Below are positions 36,189-44,674 of a stretch of DNA of 64,000 nucleotides, piece after piece. A program made the position numbers and the translations under genes. The notes below the pieces were generated by a model. That model saw nothing but the letters and a program-made list of their open reading frames with translations. It had not been told where the DNA came from and made no database searches. This DNA is from an uncultured virus (IMG/VR IMGVR_UViG_3300030380_005539) (taxonomy: Duplodnaviria > Heunggongvirae > Uroviricota > Caudoviricetes), in IMG/VR virus record IMGVR_UViG_3300030380_005539, positions 1 to 64,000 of that record; one strand, 5' to 3'. Positions within the stretch are counted from its first letter, which is position 1, and the number at the start of each line of letters is the position of its first letter.

Positions 36189-38141
36189 ATGGCAAGAAAA
36201 ACAATATTTCAACAGTTAAGTGACTTATTTGGTCCTGAAAGAAAACAAGCGGAAAGTAAATCAAGATATTCAATAAACGATAAAGAGTTGTTAAAAACTC
36301 AATCAAAAGAAGAATATGATTATGAATTACTTCAAAAACAACAAGACGCATATCTAGCGAATCAATGGAAAAAGGTAGACAATGAGATTTACCAACACTC
36401 AATATATTATGAAACAACAAGATTGGCATCTTATGCAGATTTTGAGGGGATGGAATTCTTTCCAGAAATTGCTGCGGCGTTGGATATTTTTATGGAGGAA
36501 TCTACAACACCTAATAGTGATGGTAAAATACTTAATATATTTTCAGAAAGTAAAAGAGTAAGAAGAATATTACAAGACTTATTTTTTAATAGACTAGATA
36601 TTCACACTAACTTACCAATGTGGGTGAGAAACACATGTAAATATGGTGATAATTTTTTATATTTGTCTATCGATAGTGAAGATGGAGTCCAAAGTGTAAA
36701 ACAATTACCTAATATTGAAATTGCGAGAAAAGAAAATGATGGATTTGGTGAAAATTCTAACTTATCTACACAAGATAAATTTAATCCAGTTAAATTTGTG
36801 TGGGGACAAAAAGATATGGAGTTTAATGCGTGGCAAGTGGCACACTTTAGATTATTAGGTGATGATAGAAGATTACCATATGGGACTTCTATTTTAGAAA
36901 AAGCTAGAAGAATTTGGAAACAATTACTTTTGTCCGAAGATGCTATGTTAATATATAGAGTAACTAGAGCACCTGAAAGAAGAATATTTAAAATATTTGT
37001 TGGTAACATCGATGAGAAAGATGTACCAGCATATGTGAACAAAATCGCAGATAACTTTAAAAGAAGTCCTGTAATTGACCAACAAACAGGACAAATAGAT
37101 ACACGTTACAATCAAATGGCACAAGATCAAGATTATTTTGTACCTGTAAGGGATCAAAATGCACCTAGCCCTATTGATACTCTTCCTGGTGCTACTAACC
37201 TATCTGAAATTGCTGATATACAATTCCTTCAAAAGAAATTATTTACTGCATTAAGAGTACCTAAACCATTTTTAGGTTTTGAAGAAGTAACAGGTGAGGG
37301 TAAAAATTTAGCATTACAAGATATTAGATTCTCTAGGACAATTAATAGAGTACAACAGGCAATTATACAAGAATTAAATAAAATTGCAATCATACACCTT
37401 TATATTTTAGGTTTAGAAGATGAATTAGAAAATTTTACATTAACACTTAATAACCCATCTACACAAGCAGAGATGTTGAAGATAGAACAAACCCAATTAA
37501 AAGTTACCTTATATAAAGACGCAGTGTCAGACGCAGGTAATGGGTTTGGTGCTTATTCTATGACTAGAGCTAAAAGAGATATATTAGGTATGTCTGAAGA
37601 AGAAATACGCAATGACTTAGAACAACAAAGAATGGAAAAAGCGGCTAGTGCAGAAATGGAACAAACGTCTACAGTAATTAAGAAAACAGGTATCTTTGAT
37701 AGAGTTGATACATTATATGGTGATCCAATGGGTGCTGAAGGAGAATCTGGAGGTGACGCAGCAGGAGGTGATATGGGTGGAGACACTGGTGGTGATGACT
37801 TCGGAGGTGGATCTGACTTTGGTGCAGACTTAGCTGGTGGTATGGATGATGCTGCGGCTACTGATGCAGGTGGAGAAGCAGCGGCAGCTGAAGCGGGTGC
37901 AGCAGTCGAATCTATAGACAAAAAAGAAAATCTTTTAATGGAAGAAAAACAAAGAGAAGTGTTAAATAGTAAAGTTAAAAAATATCAAAATATGTACTTC
38001 AAAAGATTAATGGAAAGTATAGATGAAAATGAAAAAGTTTTTAATGTAGAAAATTTAGACGATGAAGTTAATACAATTAACTCTAAGATAGAAGAAATGT
38101 CAAAAGAAATAGATAGTATTATTGAAAACGAAGAAAAGTAA
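36189..38141 (+). CDS. portal protein (T4 gp20-like) with C-terminal Gly/Asp-rich extension
   Basis: LLSEDAMLIYRVTRAPERRIFKIFVGN, DYFVPVR, IDTLPG, LFTALRVPK, DIRFSRTI. Confidence 0.93.
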   Translation: MARKTIFQQLSDLFGPERKQAESKSRYSINDKELLKTQSKEEYDYELLQKQQDAYLANQWKKVDNEIYQHSIYYETTRLASYADFEGMEFFPEIAAALDIFMEESTTPNSDGKILNIFSESKRVRRILQDLFFNRLDIHTNLPMWVRNTCKYGDNFLYLSIDSEDGVQSVKQLPNIEIARKENDGFGENSNLSTQDKFNPVKFVWGQKDMEFNAWQVAHFRLLGDDRRLPYGTSILEKARRIWKQLLLSEDAMLIYRVTRAPERRIFKIFVGNIDEKDVPAYVNKIADNFKRSPVIDQQTGQIDTRYNQMAQDQDYFVPVRDQNAPSPIDTLPGATNLSEIADIQFLQKKLFTALRVPKPFLGFEEVTGEGKNLALQDIRFSRTINRVQQAIIQELNKIAIIHLYILGLEDELENFTLTLNNPSTQAEMLKIEQTQLKVTLYKDAVSDAGNGFGAYSMTRAKRDILGMSEEEIRNDLEQQRMEKAASAEMEQTSTVIKKTGIFDRVDTLYGDPMGAEGESGGDAAGGDMGGDTGGDDFGGGSDFGADLAGGMDDAAATDAGGEAAAAEAGAAVESIDKKENLLMEEKQREVLNSKVKKYQNMYFKRLMESIDENEKVFNVENLDDEVNTINSKIEEMSKEIDSIIENEEK

Positions 38142-38183
38142 ACTTTTTATTAAAACTTAATATTTATAAATAAACAAAAGAAT

Positions 38184-38945
38184 ATGACTAATTTTGGACA
38201 CATAAAGGACACTTTTAATAATATATTATCTGAATCTATTTTAACTAAAAATAATGAAGGTAAAAAATTATTTAAAAAATATATACAAGTACTTAAAGAA
38301 GATAGTAGCTTAAAAAGAGAATATCTTATTTATAAAAACTTAACTACTAAAAAATTTAATAATGAATCTGACGCTAAAGATTATATCAAAGAAAACATAG
38401 ATTTATTAAAAAATAACAATCCATCTAAAGGATTAAATAAACTTAAAAGTATTCTAGGTGATAAGGAATTAGTAAATGAAAATGATGAAATATATAAACA
38501 TCTTAATATTTTACGTAACACTAAAAAGACACCTAATAGTTTAGAAAAAATACAAAAGTCTTTAAATTTCTTTAAAGAAAGAATGTTAAAAGAAGAAATA
38601 ATAGTAGAAAGTGAATATGATGCTACAGGTGTACCACCTTCAATTTTAACTAAATTAGCAGTAAATAAATTTAATAACAAATATGAAAATATTAGTGAAG
38701 AAGAAAAAAGTATTATTAAAAACATTTTAAACGGTAATGAGGAAGATAAGAAAGAAACTTATACTAATTTAAAAAATGAGTGTATAGATATTATTGATAA
38801 ACGTTTAAATGAAAATTCAGATTTAGATTTAAAAGATAAACTTTTAAAAGTTAAAGATAAATTATTAAGAACATCTTTTAATGAAGAAACATTCCCTACT
38901 GATATCGATAGTATATATAATTTAAAAAATTCAGTAACAGAATAA
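38184..38945 (+). CDS. hypothetical protein in the head module (possible core protein)
   Basis: Between portal and protease; TATTTAT upstream; several [LIV]xE sites. Confidence 0.75.
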   Translation: MTNFGHIKDTFNNILSESILTKNNEGKKLFKKYIQVLKEDSSLKREYLIYKNLTTKKFNNESDAKDYIKENIDLLKNNNPSKGLNKLKSILGDKELVNENDEIYKHLNILRNTKKTPNSLEKIQKSLNFFKERMLKEEIIVESEYDATGVPPSILTKLAVNKFNNKYENISEEEKSIIKNILNGNEEDKKETYTNLKNECIDIIDKRLNENSDLDLKDKLLKVKDKLLRTSFNEETFPTDIDSIYNLKNSVTE

Positions 38946-38952
38946 ACCTATT

Positions 38953-38979
38953 AAAACCCACTAAACAGTGGGTTTTTTT
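38953..38979 (+). terminator. Rho-independent terminator
   Basis: AAAACCCACT / AGTGGGTTTT hairpin with a T run. Confidence 0.8.
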
Positions 38980-38987
38980 ATGCATAG

Positions 38988-39019
38988 TTTGACATCATAA
39001 ATAAAAATGATTATCTTTA
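38988..39019 (+). promoter_or_regulatory. Bacteroidota-type promoter variant (TTTG-N20-TATCTTTA)
   Basis: TTTG 38988-38991 and TATCTTTA 39012-39019, upstream of 39052. Confidence 0.45.
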
Positions 39020-39051
39020 TATTAAAATAACATAAAAGAAATTAACTATGA

Positions 39052-39486
39052 ATGAAACGAGGAAAAGAATTAAAATTAGATTTAAACCCAAATTATAAAA
39101 TAAAAGTTGGGACGGTGGATAATAAAAACCCAAAAACAATATACATAAATCTCTCCGCTTGGGGACAATTAAAAAAATATGATATAGATTTAAACTATGA
39201 AGGTGTAATTAATAAATTAAGAAAAAATATTAAACACAAAATTAATAGTTATAATTTAAATGAATTCCATAGAGGAAAATATATAGTAGATCTTGATATG
39301 AGATCTTCAGGTATAAAACCAACCAAAAGAAGTTTTATGTCTTGTGAAATAACTTTATTTCAAAAAGAATCAATACCTGTTAATAATCCATTAATTGTAG
39401 ATTCATCTAAACAAATTATAAAAGATGTTATAAAAGATTGTTTAGACACTAACAACCATTTCTCTTTTTATAAAACTAAAAACTAA
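39052..39486 (+). CDS. hypothetical protein
   Basis: 144-aa ORF. Confidence 0.75.
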   Translation: MKRGKELKLDLNPNYKIKVGTVDNKNPKTIYINLSAWGQLKKYDIDLNYEGVINKLRKNIKHKINSYNLNEFHRGKYIVDLDMRSSGIKPTKRSFMSCEITLFQKESIPVNNPLIVDSSKQIIKDVIKDCLDTNNHFSFYKTKN

Positions 39487-39533
39487 AGTTTTTTATAATA
39501 AAGGTATATTTATATGTAAAGTATATCTATATT

Positions 39534-40223
39534 ATGGAAATTTTAAAAAACAATGAGTTAAATAAAAAAGGTATCTTAGTAGAATATGATGCGGGATACA
39601 TCTCTCCTAAAGATAATAGACACTTCATTAATGAAATAAATAAACTAACTAAAGGTGGACAAATAGTCGAAGATCCTTTAGTTGTTTATGCAGTAATGCA
39701 AAAATATGGTGTGGAGAATAGAAATGGTAGAGTATATCCTGAAAAGATACTTAAAAAAGAATCTGAAAACTATATGAAACTTATTGAAGAAAAAAGGGCT
39801 ATGGGTGAGGCAGACCATCCAGATTCTTCAATTGTTGCTATTAGTAGAATTTCTCATAACGTAACTGAACTATGGTGGGAAGGTAATGTGCTAATGGGTA
39901 AATTAGAAATCATTATGTCACCAGGATTTGTTACACAAGGTATTATATCATGTGAAGGAGATCAAGTTGCTAACCTTTTAAGAAAAGGTTTAAAGATAGG
40001 TGTATCATCTAGAGGTGTAGGTTCATTAAAAAAAGAAGATGGTAAAAACATTGTACAAGATGACTTCGAATTAATATGTTGGGATGTAGTTACTTCACCA
40101 TCAACACCAGGATCTTGGATATATAATGAATCACCTTCCAAAGAACAACAAATGTCCGAATCTAAAGAAAATAAAGATAAAGATTTATTAATTGATTCTT
40201 TAGATAATTTTTTGTCAGATTAA
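39534..40223 (+). CDS. prohead core protease (T4 gp21-like)
   Basis: NRNGRVYP, GEADHP, GVSSRGVGS, WDVVTSPSTPGS. Confidence 0.93.
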   Translation: MEILKNNELNKKGILVEYDAGYISPKDNRHFINEINKLTKGGQIVEDPLVVYAVMQKYGVENRNGRVYPEKILKKESENYMKLIEEKRAMGEADHPDSSIVAISRISHNVTELWWEGNVLMGKLEIIMSPGFVTQGIISCEGDQVANLLRKGLKIGVSSRGVGSLKKEDGKNIVQDDFELICWDVVTSPSTPGSWIYNESPSKEQQMSESKENKDKDLLIDSLDNFLSD

Positions 40224-40337
40224 TTTCACAATAAATCCACACTTTTATCATTTTTTGCATATTTATAAAAAAATGGCATTTTATAGTGCTGCATTTTTTA
40301 TTATAATAACAAAATGTAAAAAAAATAAAAATTTACA

Positions 40338-41840
40338 ATGGCTACAAAAAGAAAATCAATCATCGAAGAGGCTTTGTTAGAAGCGAAGTCTTTAGAGGAT
40401 GCCTTAAAAGCCAATACGAAAGAAATGCTTGCTTCACATATGAAACAAGAAATTGAGAACATCGTTGAGTCGTCTCTAAATGAACAAGAAGACGAAGAAG
40501 AATTAGAAATCGATGTGGAAGGGTCCGATGAAGAAATGGAAGAAATGCCAGCAGAAGCTGGAGATGACTCAGAAGAGTCAGAATTAATGGATTTAGATGT
40601 CGATCTTGACGCTTTGGCGGGAGACGGTGGTGAAGAAGTTGAATTAGATGTTGCTGAATTACCTGCAGAATTAGATATGGGTGATGAGGAAGAATTAGAT
40701 TTAACTGGTGCATCAGACGAAGAAGTAATCGCAGTATTTAAGAAAATGAGCGATGAAGACGAAGTTGAAGTTGTTAAAGACGCTGACGGAATCCACTTAA
40801 CAGATAACGAAACCGGTGCAGAATACTACATCAAAGAAGGTGACGAACATTATGAAGAATCATACGATAGTCTTGACGAAGAGGAAGGATGTATGAATGA
40901 GGAAGCAGGATGTGGTAAAAAATATGAAGGTCACGATCCTATTGACGAAGAAGTAATGTACGAAATCGAACTTTCTGAAGAACAACCTTATGGAGGCAAT
41001 AAAGGAGACGAATCTAAAAGTCGTAGAGATTACATGGAAGAAGGTAAATATGGCGGCAATAAAGGAGACGAATCTAGAAGTCACAGAGACTATATGGAAG
41101 AAGGTGAATATGGCGGAAATAAAGGCGATGAGTCTAGAAGTCACAGAGACTATATGGAAGAAGGTGAAGACTATATGGAAGAAGGTGAAGACTATATGAA
41201 AGAAGGTGAATATGGCGGAAATAAAGGCGATGAGTCTAGAAGTCATAGAGACTATATGGATGAAACCGAAGAAATCGTTGATTTAGACGAAGAAGAAGCA
41301 ATCGAAGAAGACAAACTTAAAAGACACCAATCAACTGGTTACCAAAGATATAGTGGTGCCAAAGCTGGGTCAGATCAAGCAAGTCCTTACGGTGGTGTAT
41401 CAGAATCTAGAAAAAGAAGAACACCTAAAAATGTACAAAAAGTATCGGAATCAAAAATTATGAAGGAATACAAAGAGTTAAAATCCAAAAACGAAGAGTA
41501 TAAAGGAGCACTTAAAGTATTCAAGAATAAGTTAAACGAAGTTGCTTTATTCAACACAAATTTAGCATACGTAAATAGATTATTCACTGAACATTCTACA
41601 ACCAAATCAGAAAAGATGGAAATCTTAAAAAGATTTGATAATGCAGAAAGTATCAAAGAATCAAAATCTATCTACAAGTCAGTAAAAAGTGAATTAGATT
41701 CTAAGTCACCAATTACAGAATCTGTAGAGAATAAAGTTAATAAAACTGTTAAGTCTTCTAAATCGGATTTGAATGAATCTACTGCTTATGTAGATCCACA
41801 AATAACTGCGATTAAAGATTTGATGAGAAAATTATCATAA
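40338..41840 (+). CDS. prohead scaffold/core protein (T4 gp22 position) with internal peptide repeats
   Basis: Acidic coiled-coil protein between protease and capsid genes; many [LIVM]xE sites. Confidence 0.8.
   Translation: MATKRKSIIEEALLEAKSLEDALKANTKEMLASHMKQEIENIVESSLNEQEDEEELEIDVEGSDEEMEEMPAEAGDDSEESELMDLDVDLDALAGDGGEEVELDVAELPAELDMGDEEELDLTGASDEEVIAVFKKMSDEDEVEVVKDADGIHLTDNETGAEYYIKEGDEHYEESYDSLDEEEGCMNEEAGCGKKYEGHDPIDEEVMYEIELSEEQPYGGNKGDESKSRRDYMEEGKYGGNKGDESRSHRDYMEEGEYGGNKGDESRSHRDYMEEGEDYMEEGEDYMKEGEYGGNKGDESRSHRDYMDETEEIVDLDEEEAIEEDKLKRHQSTGYQRYSGAKAGSDQASPYGGVSESRKRRTPKNVQKVSESKIMKEYKELKSKNEEYKGALKVFKNKLNEVALFNTNLAYVNRLFTEHSTTKSEKMEILKRFDNAESIKESKSIYKSVKSELDSKSPITESVENKVNKTVKSSKSDLNESTAYVDPQITAIKDLMRKLS
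40989..41264 (+). repeat. coding tandem repeat: four 60-bp-type units (YGGNKGDESRSHRDYMEEG) with two 21-bp partial units (EDYMxEG)
   Basis: Lines 40981, 41041 and 41101 align at period 60; fourth unit starts at 41211. Confidence 0.95.
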
Positions 41841-41876
41841 AATAATAAAATAACAAAAAAATAAAAAACTCAAAAA

Positions 41877-43619
41877 ATGGGACATTTATTAAATTCAGGT
41901 GAAGTTGGAAATATCGGACTTGAACACTTGAAGCAAATTAGATCTAAAACCATCGGAAAATGGGATTCTTTAGGATTCTTAGAAGGTTTAAAAGGTCACG
42001 TAAAAGAGAACATCGCTCAGTTATACGAAAACCAAGCTTCAGCTTTATTGACAGAAGCAACAGATGCTCAATCGTCTGGTTCTTTCGAAACTGTAGTTTT
42101 CCCTATCGTAAGAAGGGTATTCTCAAAATTATTGGCTAACGATATCGTATCGGTACAGGCGATGAACATGCCAATTGGAAAATTATTCTACTTTGTACCA
42201 AAAACAACTGGAAGAAATCACAATCCTTTAAATGGTAATGCTGAAAACGGTTCTTTACCAGAATGTGTATTTAGTTCTTGTAGTGGAAATGCCGTTTCAG
42301 AATTCTTACAAAAATCATTATATGATGTATTCTATAATGATGGTATGTTTGATGCATCTAAAGGTACTGCTACAATTTTTGAATCTACCGCTTATGGTGT
42401 TATTGTAAGTGCAAACGGTGAAACTGTTGTTACTGCATTTGACGATCAACCAGCTGCTGCTGATGGATCAGTTAGAAATCTTACAATGTGTGTATCAGGA
42501 TTTACATCTGCTGGAGCTGGAAGATTAACTGGACCTGACGGAAACGAAATGGATACAGAATCTTTCTTATCTTCATTAAGAATTGTTGCTGATGTTGATA
42601 TCGTAGACGGTGATGGTGAAGTTATTATCACTGCTGGTGATTCAATTCCATTTAACTTAACTGCACAAGTATACGGTAAAGGTATCGTTAATTATGATGA
42701 TATCTGTGATCCACAAGGATGTTTAATGTTAACTGCAGACTTATCTCACCCAGCGTGTGTTAGTTGTAATGCAGGTACATTCGATGGTTATATCGGAGCA
42801 GTAACAGGAACTAATCCTACAATTACTGCATCTTGGATGCAATATGCAACTTTAGAATTTGCAACTGAAATGGGAGAAGTTTCTTTCGAACTTGATGAAG
42901 TAGTTGTTTCGGTAACTGAAAGAAAATTAAGAGCAACTTGGTCTCCAGAATTAGCACAAGACGTTAGTGCATTCCATAACATTGATGCTGAAGCTGAATT
43001 AACGGCTTTATTATCTGAGCAAGTAGCAGCTGAAATCGACAGGGAAATCCTTAGAGATTTAAGATCTGGTGCAGCTTGGACATTAAGATGGGATTACAAC
43101 GGATGGAAAAGAGCTAATAATGGTGGTGGATTTAACGCATACACTCAGAAAGAGTGGAATCAGACGTTAATCACTAGAATTAACCAATTATCTGCACAAA
43201 TTCATAAATCAACTCTAAGAGGTGGTGCTAACTTTATCGTAGTTTCTTCTGAAGCTTCTGCGATATTTGATGATTTAGAATACTTCCACGTATCTAACGC
43301 AGCACCAGAGCAAGATCAGTACAATATGGGTATTGAGAAGATTGGTTCATTAGGAGGAAGATACACTGTATATAGAGATCCTTACGCACCAGCTAACTCA
43401 ATCATTGTTGGACACAAAGGAAAGTCATTATTGGACACTGGGTACATTTATGCACCTTACGTACCATTACAATTGACTCCTACGTTACAAAACCCATTCA
43501 ACTTTGCACCAACTAAGGGTATCATGACTAGATACGCTAAGAAAATGGTTAATAACCGTTTCTACGCAACGTTGACAATTGATGGAGTTGTAACATTTGA
43601 TGTTAACTTATTAAGATAA
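41877..43619 (+). CDS. major capsid protein (T4 gp23-like)
   Basis: VFPIVRRVF...VSVQAMNMPIG; RKLRATWSPELAQD...IDAEAELT...EIDREI; YAPYVPL...GIMTRY. Confidence 0.95.
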   Translation: MGHLLNSGEVGNIGLEHLKQIRSKTIGKWDSLGFLEGLKGHVKENIAQLYENQASALLTEATDAQSSGSFETVVFPIVRRVFSKLLANDIVSVQAMNMPIGKLFYFVPKTTGRNHNPLNGNAENGSLPECVFSSCSGNAVSEFLQKSLYDVFYNDGMFDASKGTATIFESTAYGVIVSANGETVVTAFDDQPAAADGSVRNLTMCVSGFTSAGAGRLTGPDGNEMDTESFLSSLRIVADVDIVDGDGEVIITAGDSIPFNLTAQVYGKGIVNYDDICDPQGCLMLTADLSHPACVSCNAGTFDGYIGAVTGTNPTITASWMQYATLEFATEMGEVSFELDEVVVSVTERKLRATWSPELAQDVSAFHNIDAEAELTALLSEQVAAEIDREILRDLRSGAAWTLRWDYNGWKRANNGGGFNAYTQKEWNQTLITRINQLSAQIHKSTLRGGANFIVVSSEASAIFDDLEYFHVSNAAPEQDQYNMGIEKIGSLGGRYTVYRDPYAPANSIIVGHKGKSLLDTGYIYAPYVPLQLTPTLQNPFNFAPTKGIMTRYAKKMVNNRFYATLTIDGVVTFDVNLLR

Positions 43620-43642
43620 TCTTAATAATACAACTTAATACT

Positions 43643-43678
43643 AAAAAGGGTGGAATTTATTTTCTACCCTTTTTTTTT
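43643..43678 (+). terminator. Rho-independent terminator after the capsid gene
   Basis: AAAAAGGGTGGAA / TTCTACCCTTTTT stem with a T run. Confidence 0.8.
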
Positions 43679-43713
43679 GTTTTATAAGATATTTATTATT
43701 ATATTAGCATACT

Positions 43714-44604
43714 ATGATTATTAAGAAAAAGCACGTATTATTAGAATCACTTTTAATTGACACTATTGATGAGTTTACACCACAAGAAAAAAAGTTATTA
43801 TCTGTTCTTCATCAGAAATTTGGTATGGCATCAGGTAAGATTGAAAAATCGTGGAATTTTGATAAGTGGGCTGCAGCAGCATTCTTAATAGAATTTTTTG
43901 AAATACCTTATGATATTGCACACGATTTGGCATCTACGTATTTTTGGAATGGTGAAAAATTGTTTAAGGAGTTCGAAAGTCTTAGGAAAAAAAATAATAG
44001 AAGTGATTTATTTATGAATCACGCATTTAGAGATATATTAGATGACTACATTGAATCAAAGAAAAATGAAGATAATAATTTTTATCTAACAAAACCTGTA
44101 GAATATAACGTTAAAACTCAAAATGAAAATGAGGTACTTCCTGGTATAATATATCAAAGTTTCCCACCAAGAAGTTATAAGGAATTGGAGGAATCTAGAA
44201 AAGAAGCAAATGAAGTAAAATTATCTGTAAGACCTCTGGTTTGGTCTACTTATAATGGTGTGATGTTATATATTCAACCTACTGAAGAAAATATTATAGA
44301 ACCAAAGGATATAGAGGCTACTAGTTGGGATACTATGCGTAATATGGGTATAACTGCATCAATACGATTAGATTATTATAAAGATGAAGATGAAAAATCT
44401 CAAAATTATCTTCAAGGTAAATGTGAATATAAATTCGGACATGAGTATAAAGATGAGGGTATAATATGGACTGAGGACATAAAATTACCTGAAGTTTTAT
44501 CTAAGGAAAGTGTTATTGAATTTATAGATATGTTAATAGAAAAATTACGTTCTACACTTAATGGAATGACGTTTATTTATGGTAAAGGTGTAAAAGACGA
44601 CTAA
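43714..44604 (+). CDS. hypothetical protein
   Basis: 296 aa; TATTTAT upstream; N-terminus ends in VLLE. Confidence 0.75.
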   Translation: MIIKKKHVLLESLLIDTIDEFTPQEKKLLSVLHQKFGMASGKIEKSWNFDKWAAAAFLIEFFEIPYDIAHDLASTYFWNGEKLFKEFESLRKKNNRSDLFMNHAFRDILDDYIESKKNEDNNFYLTKPVEYNVKTQNENEVLPGIIYQSFPPRSYKELEESRKEANEVKLSVRPLVWSTYNGVMLYIQPTEENIIEPKDIEATSWDTMRNMGITASIRLDYYKDEDEKSQNYLQGKCEYKFGHEYKDEGIIWTEDIKLPEVLSKESVIEFIDMLIEKLRSTLNGMTFIYGKGVKDD

Positions 44605-44674
44605 ATGACATAAATCCTGTCTTATATGTATATTACATATAAGACTGTTAAAAATCCCCTAAAATCGACTAAAA

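Noticed and set aside
40989..41264. 60-bp periodic repeat as a CRISPR array
   Set aside because: No unique spacers; the units are in-frame coding repeats within the scaffold ORF.
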